A stretch of DNA of 61,765 bases, filler included, from Sphacelaria rigidula (lineage: Eukaryota): NCBI GenBank assembly GCA_964200075.2. It is 7 parts of 7 records of this genome, joined end to end, with 100 filler letters (N's around TTAATTAATTAA, not from the genome) between each part and the next. Parts side by side here need not be neighbours in the genome. Positions count along the whole stretch, not along the records: positions 44,192 to 52,928 come from CAXNAA020010229.1; positions 53,029 to 61,765 come from CAXNAA020010230.1; 5 more parts are not named here. One strand, given 5' to 3'. The position numbers and the translations under genes are program-made. A model generated the notes under the pieces. That model searched no databases. It was not told the origin of the DNA and saw only the letters and a program-made list of their open reading frames with translations. Numbering within the stretch: position 1 is the stretch's first letter; every line of letters begins with the position of its first letter. Below are positions 49,288 through 60,865 of this stretch, piece after piece.

Positions 49288-49544
49288 GAGTGATGCTACG
49301 GTAGGGGCGCACAAATATTTCCTGACGTGAAAACTGTTAGGAACCCTTTATCTCATCCAAAACACGACTTATGAAATGTGTGAGAGTACGCCAGGATTAC
49401 TTCTCCAATGTGCCAGGGATATCCCGAATGGATCTGTAAACGGGGATGCCCTGACCCATATTCTCGTGCGATCTAGGATCGTTAGGGGCCCCTGAACCAG
49501 AAAAGAGTTTGCGCAAAAAGCGCACCCCTACCGTAGCATTGCTC
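49288..49544 (+). mobile_element. 257-bp GAG-terminal MITE
   Basis: TIR GAGTGATGCTACGGTAGGGGCGC ... GCGCACCCCTACCGTAGCATTGCTC; second copy at 26517-26654; flanks TAAT/GGAT are not a clean TSD. Confidence 0.85.
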
Positions 49545-49792
49545 GGATAGTGTCAACTCATCAGACTTGGTATCGCTTGTTGACTAAAGAACGATAGCTT
49601 ATATATTATGTTACCGGGTGGATGCTGACAACAGAGGAAGAAAGAAGGAGGGAGAAGTTTTCGGAAAGCACCAAGGAAAAAATCGTGCAGCACGTTCCTG
49701 GAAATGCTCGTCCACGGACATTGAATATACAGTCTACCATATCATGACGGCATCAATCCCAAGCACGTTCATTGACTGCGTCCAGTACTCAC

Positions 49793-50296
49793 CCCAATTG
49801 TCTCTCCACCTCTGGATAATCTCTTCCCTCCAGGCTCGGTAACCCACAGGTTCAGGTCGGATTCGCCCTCCCACTGTAGGGCCACCCTCAAGGCCTCGCT
49901 GCAGCCCTCGTTCACAATGTTCATCGCAAACACGCTGGTGGCCGTCTTGCCATCGCCATCCTGCCCGCCGGGTGCGTCAGCAATATCTAACGACACAAAG
50001 CTCAGGAAACCCCGACTGTACTTCGGGGGAATATCTGTGATGGTTGCCGTGAAGTTGCCGGTGGAAGGGTCGATAATTCCCTCTCCGCGCACGAAGTCCT
50101 CGGGCGCATCTTCATTCTCGATGTACAGGAACAGCGCGAGGGACTCGGACAGCGCCGAATCGTCGTTTCGCGTGAAGGCTCCCGAAACCTGCACCGTTCC
50201 TAGTGCCGTTCCGCTGGAAACATACATGCTACCCCAATAGAGTCTGTCCCTGTTGTACAACTCCACACTTCCAGGACCAGCGAACCCTCCGATAGC
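49793..50296 (-). CDS. Exon (last visible) ending in the N-terminal half of a YfaP/DUF2135-like motif
   Basis: AIGGFAGPGSVELY...CSEALRVALQWEGESDLNLWVTEPGGKRLSRGGETIG; gtgagt donor, phase 0; the AAG acceptor at 50297-50299 is inferred. Confidence 0.8.
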
Positions 50297-50729
50297 CTTC
50301 GGGTCGTTTGTGCATGGCAAGTCGTTTGTTGTGTGTCGCGAGCGAGAAACATGAAACGTGTGGTGTTATGGGCAGAGGTTTCGTAGTTTTTCGGTTTCAA
50401 ATAATGCAGAAGCATATACAAAGAGCACGCCGATCGAGGAATAACAGTTGAATCCTGGAAATGTCATTTCTCTGTGAAATGCTCAAGCAGACATCGCGAT
50501 ACGTGAGCGTTTGTCAAAAATTTACATGGCACCAGCTACCGCCGTGCACAGACACGTATGTTGTGAACCGCAGCTTCACTCTGCAATAAGCATATCCAAC
50601 TCACGTCCTCCTCCGACTTAGTGCACCCGAGATTTTCAAAAATGAATATACACAGCAGCAGCTACCACACACACAGCTTTGTATGCTGTGAACAGTAGCG
50701 CCAATCTACAACAATCATGTGCGACTCAC

Positions 50730-50782
50730 ATCATCTGACATAGTATTGGCCATGGCTTCGGAAAGCCCGAGGCCCCTCAGAG
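50730..50782 (-). CDS. Small linker exon (53 nt), absent from the ORF track
   Basis: aatccag acceptor; (S)LRGLGLSEAMANTMSDD; gtgagt donor; bridges phase 1 to phase 0 exactly. Confidence 0.65.
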
Positions 50783-51316
50783 CTGGATTGTTGCACACAG
50801 TAGGATGGTCACGACAACGCACGCAGTGGGGTAGTATCACAGGGGGTGACGCAAAACGGAGGGACACGCGTGAAAGATTACAAGTTACCCCGAGTGTGAT
50901 CTAGTAGGCGCGATTATGTCCATCGCGATAGGCACGATGTTATGGTCGTACGTACGTCTATCACAGGACGAAACCGTACAACTATTCCTTCTACGCTGGA
51001 GCTTCCATATTGTCTTCCCCTCTGTCCAAAAAATACAACCCAACCATCCATCCATCTATCCAACCAACCATCCTCAATCGATCTTTAATTAATTAATTAA
51101 AGTTTCCGGGGGTCGCAGTACGAGTAAAGTGCTGATCTATTGTACCGTACACGGAGCATCAGAGGTGCGTCTCTCATCGCCCAGGCGCATGTGGAGCACT
51201 GCTATAATCGGATTCGGCTACAACTATCAGAGCAGCATTCCACTCTACCGTCGTGTGCGACCATGAAACATTTATATTTTCCCCTCTACTCTGGGCGATA
51301 TTGTAATCGGACGTAC

Positions 51317-51421
51317 ATGCGTCGGTGCAGAATGTTGACCCCGCTCGAGCATATTTACCCTCGGGACACGAGGTGCACGGAGGCAGGCCATCCGAGCTGA
51401 TCGTTTCTCCTGGGCATCTTC
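51317..51421 (-). CDS. Exon encoding a Cys-rich GCC2/GCC3 (ephrin-receptor-like) repeat
   Basis: ggcag acceptor; (G)RCPGETISSDGLPPCTSCPEGKYARAGSTFCTDA; gtacgt donor; phase 1-1 matches both neighbours. Confidence 0.8.
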
Positions 51422-52005
51422 CTGCCATGGACGCACCAACATGTGGATGAGATATGGGCGTTCACGATTATCAATTCAGTTGCCAGTCGACGAAGGCTGC
51501 ACAGTAAGGGCGGGTATGCATTGCTCTCAGCCGCGTTAGTATAGCATCTTCGATCTTCTCGTGACCGTCCATTCAGAAGCGAACCTGAGAAAAGGATGTA
51601 CAATCTCCATTGAATGGAGCTTGGCTATTTTGCAATACATACTACTGTTCCTCAGATTTTTCTGGGAGGACATCACAAATCCTGAAAATTCATTGTCGAA
51701 GCCGCATCATACTTCCCAGAGTTCATCCACCCCATGAATATGGTTTAGGCGGTGCGATCGTGAGTGACGCAGTGCTGTTGGGCTCCGGAACCTCTTGTAA
51801 GCTTGAAGGCGCACGTATGAATCAAGCAAGGCATGAACGCTAAAAAAACGAAGAGAAAGCATCTTCATTCGGCTATACAATCAGTGGACGTCCAACACAC
51901 GCGTCGCGGGAAAACCAAGGTATAGTAGGCGGAAAGAGGGCAAATAATTTGCGGCGAAACGAGCATGCAACTTTGGCGCTTTGCTCCGCGCTTACACGTG
52001 CGTAC

Positions 52006-52291
52006 CGTAGTCGGGGATGTAGCAGTCGCTCTCGACGTACTCGGTAACTGTGGCCGTGTACACCGGCGTTTGTTCCTCGTTCTTGCCCAATTCGCCGCCG
52101 GCGATCCACAAGAGCTCGCCGCCCGATCGAGCGGTGATTGTGTACCTGCCACCCTCCCTGGAGTACAGTCCCTGCACCATGTAGTCGCCCAAAACCATAT
52201 CGCTGTCGACGGAGAGGTCGTTCATGAGAATGTACGACTGCACGCCAGACTCGTAGTCGTCGTCGCTGAGTTCGCCCCACGTGCCAACATC
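52006..52291 (-). CDS. Exon (first visible) of a modular YfaP/DUF2135-like protein
   Basis: cacag acceptor, phase 0; DVGTWGELSDDDYESGVQSYIL...SDCYIPDY(G); gtacgc donor, phase 1. Confidence 0.75.
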
Positions 52292-52928
52292 CTGTGTCGT
52301 GGCGAGGGAGGCAGAGGGAGGCAGAGGGGTGCGAGGGGCAGGGATATACCCATAATTCGCGTTGCTTAGCTGTTGAATCGTTGAACACGCATACTCACGA
52401 GGACGAAGTGCTGCTATCGATGGACAGTAGTAATAATAATGATTTCGAAGTTGAATGTTAATGCGCAGGATTACTGTGCTCAGTGTCGCCGAATGGGGTA
52501 GGGATAACGGCTGAATTTCCCTTCGGGTGTAGCAGCTTTGCCGGGTAAGCACGAGCTTATCATGGTACAAATCTGCACACACATGAAGATCCGACAAGCC
52601 AGCTCTCAACGTCGGACCACTACAGGAGGAGTACAGCTGCTGCAGGTACTACTGCGAGTATCGCATCTGACTTAGCCGGCAGGTACCCGTAGAGTCAGAC
52701 TACTATGCTTTTTAATGACGTCTGTTCATTTTGATGATCCTGCTATCGAGCAGCATCGTACAGTAGGTTTTGTCATTGCGCACAAAGACTTAGGATTGGC
52801 GAAGGCGGGCACTTCGCCTCACAAGCGTGCAGATCTGACTCATCAACAATGAACACGAAATTGGGCCGGGGATCGAAGTTCCAACGTTATACCTAGGTCA
52901 ATCTACCTCCTTTTTTTTTTTCGTTCTT

Positions 52929-53028
52929 NNNNNNNNNNNNNNNNNNNNNNNNNNNNNNNNNNNNNNNNNNNNTTAATTAATTAANNNNNNNNNNNNNNNN
53001 NNNNNNNNNNNNNNNNNNNNNNNNNNNN
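52929..53028. other. Artificial contig linker
   Basis: 44N + TTAATTAATTAA + 44N. Confidence 0.98.
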
Positions 53029-54774
53029 GGAGGAGACCTGCAGGATGCTCGGGAATGCGTAGAGTTGTGGGGTGGGGGTGGGGGGGGGGGGGGGGGGGGG
53101 GGGGGCACCCAGCCTGCTGTCCCCTATTTTTTTAGCCGAGAGGTTGGCAGATGCGATCGCAGCTGGCGTGTACAGAGATCCTTGGTATGGAGGCCGCTGA
53201 GATGATGGACACGCCGCCCCCCCGAAGATCATCACTGACCATGGTTACATTTATGGAATCATGTTCCGTGTCGTCTGCCTCGAGCACCTACCAGAGTCTG
53301 GGCAAGTTTGGCGAGACGTGAGATAATGTTTCTACTTCAGCCACAGATTGCCGCTACCGTGTGCTCGTGTGCATACATGTGTGTGAGCGTGACCGACATC
53401 CGAGGTCATTGGGACAGAGCGGGCAAGGAGAAGAATCAAATATACGAACCTTGCAAAGCCCACTAGACTTTTCGGTTTTTGTCAGCGTTTCTTGATCAAT
53501 TTCTTGAACAGCATTAATTGGAGATTTTGGACAGGCAAATACTTACAGTGAATATCATCGTCGGGAGACCGCAAACCTCACGCAGAATGCTACCACATAC
53601 GTCTGGAGCTCACATGGGAGATTTCGGACAGGCGAATTCTTCCTGCAACAGCGAATATCGTCGTGAAAGGACCGAAAAACTCACGCAGACCGTTTTCAAA
53701 TACGCCTGGGGCTGAAATGGGAGTTGAACTGGCGAATATTTCCTGGAACAGCGAATATCGTCGTGTGTAGACCGCAAAACTCACGCAGAACGTTGCCATA
53801 TACGCCTGAACTATACATGGGAGATTTCAGATACGCGAATATTTCCTGGAACAGCGAATGTCGTTGTGAAAGCACCGCAAAACGCACCCAAAACGTTACC
53901 ATCTACGCCTGGAGCTCACATGAGAGATTATGGACAGATGCATATATATAATTTCCTTGAACAGAAAATATTGTCGTCGGAGAACAGCAAAACATACCCA
54001 GAACGTTTTCAATACTCCCTGTACCTCAAATAGGAGGTTTCGGAGAGGGTGAATATTTCTTGGAACAGCGAATATGGTCCTGGGAAGTCCGCCGAACTTA
54101 CCTAGAACGTCATCACATACGCCTGAATCTCACATGGGAGATTTTGGACAGGCGATAACTTCCTGGAACAGCGAATACCGTCGATTTTAGACCGCAAAAC
54201 TCGCCCATGACGTTATCATATACGGCTTAAGGTCAAATGAGATATTTGAAACAGGTGAATATTCCCTGAAACAGCGAATATCCTCGTGGATAGACCGCAG
54301 ACTTCACGCAGAACGTTTTCATATACGCCTGAACCTCGAACAGGATATTTTGGATGCACAATTATTTCCTGGAAGAGCGAATATCGTCGTGGGTAGACCG
54401 TAAACCTCACGCGGAACGCTACCCTCTACGTCTAAACATCACATGGGCGATTTTTCACAGGCGACTATTCCCTGGAACAGCGAATATCGTCGTCAGTACA
54501 CTGCAAAACTCACGCAGAACGTTACCTTGTACGCCTGAATTACACCTGGAAGACTTTGGACAGGCGAATATATCCCGAAACAGCGAATATCGTCGTGGGA
54601 AGACAACAAACCTCACTCAGAACGTTATCATATACGCCTTGACCATAAAGGGGAGACTTGAAACAGGCAAATATTCTCTGGAACGGCGAATATCGTCGTC
54701 AGTAGACCGGAAAATTCACGGAGAGCGTGACCTAATACGCCTGAACTATACATGGAAGATTTTGGAAAGACAAA

Positions 54775-55023
54775 GACTAATGCCGAAATAGCCCCCCCAC
54801 AAAAAGTGCACCGGAGACCGTCCCACAAATCGGCTGCGGTCCCACAATTGGGCTCGTTTGCAGCAATTTCGCCCACATGAGATGCGTGCAGCAGTCCGAA
54901 ACCAGCGATAACGCTCAAATGAGTCGCGTCGTGCAGCACGAAACCAGCTCTAACGGCATTATGATCATCGCCTCCGTGCACTTTTGTGGCCGGTTCGGGG
55001 GGGGGGCTTTCTCCACAGTAGTC
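54775..55023. mobile_element. 249-bp MITE, GACTA subfamily, 4-bp TSD (CAAA/CGAA)
   Basis: GACTAATGCCGAAATAGCCCCCCC ... GGGGGGGCTTTCTCCACAGTAGTC; removing it plus 4 bp restores the satellite register; interior resembles the GACAC family. Confidence 0.8.
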
Positions 55024-58000
55024 CGAATATTTCTCGAAACAGCGAATATTGTCGTGGGAAAACAACAAACCTCACCCAGGACGTTATCATATACGCCTTG
55101 GCCATAAATGGGAGACTTGAAAGAGGCGAATATTCTCTGGAACGGCGAATATCGTTGTCAGTAGACCGGAAAGCTCATGCAGAACGCTTCCTTACACGCC
55201 TGAACCACACATGGAAGATTTTGGACAGGCGAACATTTCCTGGAACAGCGAATATCGTCGTGGGTAGACCGCAAAACTCACCCAGACCGTTATCATATAC
55301 GCCTTGATCCCAAATTGAGGACTTTGGACAGGCGAATAGTCTCTGAAACACGAATATCGTCGTCGGTAGACCGCAAAACTCACGCAGAACGTAATCATAC
55401 ACGCCTGGAGCTCAAATGGGAGATTTCGGTGAGCCCAATATTCCAATATTTCCTGCAACAGCGAATGTCGTCGTGGGGAGCCCGCAGAACTCATCCAGGA
55501 CGTCATCATATACGCCTGAACCTAGGATAAGAAAAATTGCACAGACGAATATTTCCTGAAACGGCGAAAGTCTCGGTGGGAAGACCACATGCCTCACCCA
55601 GAACGCCATCATTTACTCCTTGACCTCAAATGGGAGATTTCTGACGGGCGGGTATTCTCTGGAACAGCGAATATCGTCGTGGGTGGACCGCAAACCTCAC
55701 CTAGAATGTTATCATACACGCCTCCACTTCAAATGGGCGGTTTTGGATCGGTGAATGTTTCCTGTAACAGCGAATATCGTCGTGGGAAGACCATATACCT
55801 CACCCAGAACGCCATCATTTACTCCTTGACCTCAAATGGGAGATTTTGGACAGGCAAATATTCCCTGGAACAGCTAATATCGTCGTTGGTAGACCGCAAC
55901 GCTCACCCACGACGTTATCATGTACCCCTCAACCTCGGATGGGAAATTTTTGACAGACAAATGTTTCCTGGAACAGTGAATATCGCCCTGGGAAGACCGC
56001 GAAACTAACCCAGAACGTTATCATATACGCCTTGACCTCAAATGGGAGATTTTGGACAGGCGGATATCCTCTGGAACAGCGAATATCGTCATGGGTAGAC
56101 CGCATAATTCACGCAGAGCGTTATTACATACACCTGGAGCTCAAATGGGAGATTTCGGTGAGGCCAATATTTCCTGGAACAGCGAATGTCGTCGTGGGTA
56201 GACCGCAAAACTCACGCAGAACTTTGCCATATACGCCTGAACTACGCATGGGGGATTTCAGACCGGCAGATATTCCCTGGAACAGCGAATATCGTCGTGG
56301 CAACACCGTCAAACTCACCTAGAATGTGACCACTCAGCCGTGGACGTCAAGTGGGAGATTATGGGCAGGCGAATATTTCCTGGAACAGCAAAAATCGTGG
56401 TGAGAAAACCGCAAAACTCATCCTACGTTATTTTATACGCCTTCATCTCACATCGGGGATTCGGACGGGGAATCTTCTCTGGAACAGCGAATATCGTCGT
56501 GAGGAGTCCGCAAAACTCACCTAGAACGTTTTCATATGCGCCTGAACTTCAAGTGGGAGATTTTGCACCGGCGAATACTTCCTGGAAGAACGAATATTGT
56601 CGTGGCAACACCGTCAAACTCACCCAGAACGTGACCATTTAGCCCTAGACCTCAAGCGGGAGATTTCGAACAGGCGAATATTTCCTGGAACAGCGAATAT
56701 TGTAGTGGGAAGTCCGCGAAACTCACCTCGAGCATGATCACATACGCTGAATTTCGGACAGGTAATCGTAGATGGAAAATTTTACCTGGAACAGGGAATG
56801 TCGTCGTGGGGAGTTTGCCGAACTCACCCAAAAAGTTACCATATACGCCTTGGCCTCGGATGGGAGATTTGGGACAGACACATATTCCCTGGAACAGCGA
56901 ATATCGTGGTGGGAAGACCGTAAAACTCTGGCAGAACCTAATCATCTACGCCTGCACCTTGAAACTAAGAAGTCGAACAGACGAATATTTCCTCGAACAG
57001 CCAATATCGTTGTGAGAAATCCGCGGAACCCACCCAGAACGTGATCATATACGCCGCCTGGACCTTGAACGGGAGATTCTCGACAGGTGAGTGTTTCCTG
57101 GAACAGCGGGTATTGCCGTGGGAAGTCCGCAAACCTCACGCAGAACGTTAGTAAATACGCCTGCACCTTGAAACAAAGAAGCCTGACAGGCGAATATTTC
57201 CTCGAACAGCGACAATCGTCCTGGAAAGTCCGCCGAACTCACCCAGAACATCATCACATACGCCTGAACCTCACATGGGAGATTTTGGACAGGCAAATAT
57301 TTCCTGGAACTGCGGATATCGTCATGGGTAGACTGCAAATCTCACGCACAACGTGATCATATGCGCCTGCGCCTTGGAACGGAGAAGTCAATAGGCGACT
57401 ATTTCCTTGAACAGCGAATATCGTCATGGGAAGTCCGCAAATCTCACCCTGAACGTTTCCATATACGCCTGAAGACTACATGCGAGATTTTGGATAGGCA
57501 TATATTTCCTTGAACAGCGAATATCGTCGTGTTTAGACCGCAAAACTCACCTAGACCGTTATCATACACGCCTAAACTTTGAATGGGAGATTTCGGATAG
57601 GCGAATATTTCCTGCAACAGCAAACATCGTCGTGGGAGAACAGCAAAAATCACCCAGAACGTTACTATATACGCATATACGCCTGGAACTCACGTGGGAG
57701 GTTTCGAACAATAATTTCATGGAACAACGAACATCGTGGTGGGTAGAGCGCAATACTCACCCAGAACGTTACCACAATATACGCCTGGAGACCAAATGGG
57801 AGATTTTGGGCAGGCGAGTATTCGCCGGAACAGCAAATGTCGTCGTGGGTAGACCGCAAACCTCGCCCAGGACATCATCACATACGCCCGGACTTCGAAT
57901 GGGAAATTTCGGACAGGCGAATATTTTCTGAAACAGCAAATATCCTCGTGGGAACACCGCAAAACTCACCCAGAACGTTACCGTATAGGTATGCACCTCA

Positions 58001-58158
58001 AACAGGAGATTGTCGATAGGCAAATATTTCCTGAAACAGTGAATGTCGTCGTGGGAAGTCCGCCAACAAAACCAGAACGTCACAGTGTAGGCGTGGACCT
58101 CAAACAGGAGATTCTCGATAGGCAAATATTTTCCAAAACAGCGAATGTCGTCGTGGAG

Positions 58159-58406
58159 GACACTTTCTACGATAGCCCCCCCCCAAAAAGTGCACGATTT
58201 TGGGGGGCGAAATCTTCACGTAAATCGAAATGAGAAAAGCCGAGCACCACGAGAGGCTGGGAATTCCCACGCTTGGGCTTGTTCTAGCCAATATCGCCAG
58301 TATGAGGGGCTTCATGCAGCCTGAACCCGAACAGCAGGCGTTGTAAGGTCATTCTTTCCGCGACATTTTTAGCTGGTTTTGGGGGGGGGCTATCGTAGAA
58401 AGTGTC
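58159..58406 (-). mobile_element. 248-bp GACAC-family MITE, TSD GGAG
   Basis: GGAG|GACACTTTCTACGATAGCCCCC ... GGGGGCTATCGTAGAAAGTGTC|GGAG; opposite orientation to 4506-4756. Confidence 0.95.
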
Positions 58407-59103
58407 GGAGACTTCGCCAAACTCACCGAGAACGTAATCATATACGCCCAAGTCTCAAATGGGAGATCTCTGATGGGCGGTTACTTCCTGGAACTGCGAA
58501 TATCGTCGTGGGAAGTCCGCCAAACTCACGCAGAACGTGATCATATACGCCTGCACCTTGGAGCGGAAAAGTTGGACAAGCGAATATATTTTCTCGAACA
58601 GCGAATATCGTCGCGGGAAGTCCGCGAAACTCACCCAGAACGTGATCATATACGCTTGAACCTCGAACAGGTGAAGTTGAATAGACAAATATTTCTAGGA
58701 ACATGGAATATCGTCGTGAGGAGTTCGCCAAACTCACCCACAACGTTACCATATACGCTTTGACTTAAAATGGGATGTTTTGGACGGGTAAATATTTTCT
58801 GGAACAGCGAATATCGTTCTGGCAAGACCGCAAGACTCACCCAGAACGTTATTACATGCGCCTGGAGCTCAAATGGGAGATTTCGGACAGGCGAATATTT
58901 CCTGGATCGGTGAATATCGTCGTGGAAAGTCCGCGAAACTCACCCAGAACGTTACCATATACACCTGCACCTGAAGCGGGAGGTTTTGGACAGGAGAATA
59001 TTTTCTGGAATAGCGAATATCGTCGTGGGAAGTCCGCAAAACTCGCGCAGAACGTCATCATACACGCCTGCACCTTGAAACGGAGAAGTCGAACAGGCGA
59101 ATA

Positions 59104-60125
59104 TTTCACACGTCGGACGAGCACGAGTGTGACTCGTGGCACTCGCACTCGTTGGGCTGTTCGTTGGCCGTAAAAAATAATAGGGCGAGCACTCGAGTCA
59201 TTGCTTGTTGTGGAAACAATTAATAGGGCGAGCACTCGCGTCATTGCTCGTTGTGGAAGAAATTAATAGGGCAAGCACTCGAATCACTGCTCGTTGTGGA
59301 AAACAACAATAGGGCGAGCACTCGAGTCATTGCTCGTTGTGAAAACAAACTGATGGGGCGAGCACTCGAGTCATTGCTCATTGTGGGAAAACTTCAACAC
59401 GGCGAGCACTCGAGTCATTGCTCGTCGTGGAAACAATTAACCCCTTTGGGACCGGGCCTCCAGGACGACGAATGAGGCTGGTAAGGAATGACGTGTCTGG
59501 AAACTGCACGAAACAATGGCATGTTGCTGAAATCCGCCTTTGTAACCGCAGGGTTATGAGGCAGACCGAAAGTTTCATCCAATCTATTTTCAGGTGCAGG
59601 GTGCGCAGTACGTAACGTAATCTGATGTAGCGAGCAGTATGTGTCGCCGTCGAGAGCTTTCAACAGGATTTCGCCTCGCCGTGATTGAGTAGGTCGCTCC
59701 CTGAGTTCATTTTTTTTGTTCTACTAACACATGGTCAACCCCGTGCTAGTGGGGGGTCGGTCCCAAGAGGGTAAACAGGGCAAGCACTCGAGTCATTGCT
59801 CGTTGTGGAAAAAAACTAGCAGGGCGAGCACTCGGTCACCGCTCGCTGTGGAAAAAATGAATAGGGCGAGCACTCGGGTCATTGCTCGTTGTGGAAAGAA
59901 ACTAGTAAGGCAAGCACTCGAGTCATTGCTCGTTGTGGAAAGAAATAATAGGGTGAGTATTCGAGTCATTACTCATTGTGAAAAAGTATTGACTCGAGTA
60001 CACGAGTCGTTGCTCGTCGCGAAAAAACGTAATGACTCGAGCACACGAGTCATGCTCGTTGTTGTATCAAAAAGCATCCACGAGTGCAGTCGTTTCGACG
60101 AGTAATGACTCGTCCGACGTGGAAA
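59104..60125. mobile_element. TA-flanked TIR element filled with ~43-bp tandem repeats
   Basis: TA|TTTCACACGTCGGACGAG ... CTCGTCCGACGTGGAAA|TA; internal unit AATAGGGCGAGCACTCGAGTCATTGCTCGTTGTGGAAA. Confidence 0.8.
59441..59771 (+). mobile_element. 331-bp piggyBac-like MITE (short form of the 20967-22040 family)
   Basis: TTAA|CCCCTTTGGGACCG ... CGGTCCCAAGAGGG|TAAA; both ends homologous to copies A and B; cargo ORF absent. Confidence 0.9.
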
Positions 60126-60532
60126 TATTTCCTCGACAGCTGACATCGTCTTGGGAGGTCCGCGAAACTCGGCCAGATCGTCATCATCATCATATACGCC
60201 GGGGCCTCAAACGGGAGATTTTGGACAGGTGAATATTTTCTCAAACAGCGAACATCGTCGTTGGAAGATCGCAAAACTCACCTAGAACGTCATCATATAT
60301 ATAAATACGCTTTGAGGTCAAATGAGAGAATTTGGACAGGCGAATATTTCCCGCAGCAGCGACTATCATTGCGGGACATGCGCAAAATTCATCCAGAACG
60401 TCATCATATACGCCTGAGCCTCAAATGAGAGATTTTGGACAGGCGAGCATTTCCTGGAACACCGAATATCGTCGTTGGTAGACCGCAAAGCTCACCCGCA
60501 ACGTTATCATGTTACCTTAAACTCAAATGAGA

Positions 60533-60865
60533 CACACGCGGCCATTTGGCTACCTCCGAAATTCCTCCAGGTGGGTAAACTTTTCTAGCTTCCAGACAAA
60601 TTAAACGCCTTCGGAGGGGTGCGCGGCCCTCCCGAGGGGATTTTTTGGTTTCCTCCAGAGGGATCGAACGCCTCCGGAGGCTTTTTTTTGTCTTTGAAGG
60701 ACCTCGCATACCACCAAATTCCTCCGGAAGGGTACACGGCCCTCCGGGTCGGTAGAGTTTGGTTTCCTCCACAGGGATTGAAGGCCTCCGGAGGCTTGTT
60801 TTCCCCCTGGAGGGCCGCGCATCCCTCCGTAGACATTTTGGGGTGTAGCCAAATGGCCGCGTGCG
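60533..60865. mobile_element. 333-bp CAC-terminal MITE
   Basis: CACACGCGGCCATTTGGCTAC ... GTAGCCAAATGGCCGCGTGCG; GAGA on both sides, satellite register favours a 2-bp GA TSD; internal CCTCCGGAGG repeats. Confidence 0.85.

Noticed and set aside
51086..51100. TTAATTAATTAATTAA resembling the contig linker
   Set aside because: No flanking Ns and the contig length fits the sorted series without a break. It is a natural (TTAA)n run in an intron, and exon phases match across it.
29434..52291. PPR gene, YfaP-like gene and nearby RT fragments as one functional system
   Set aside because: They lie on different, unlinked contigs. The RT fragments are ordinary decayed Gypsy or LINE sequences, not retron or DGR type.
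53518..59244. Many ORFs with repeated peptides (FPGTANIVVGRPQNS, LEQRISSW)
   Set aside because: The unit of ~103 bp is not a multiple of 3 and the same peptides appear in all frames with frequent stops. These are translations of satellite DNA.
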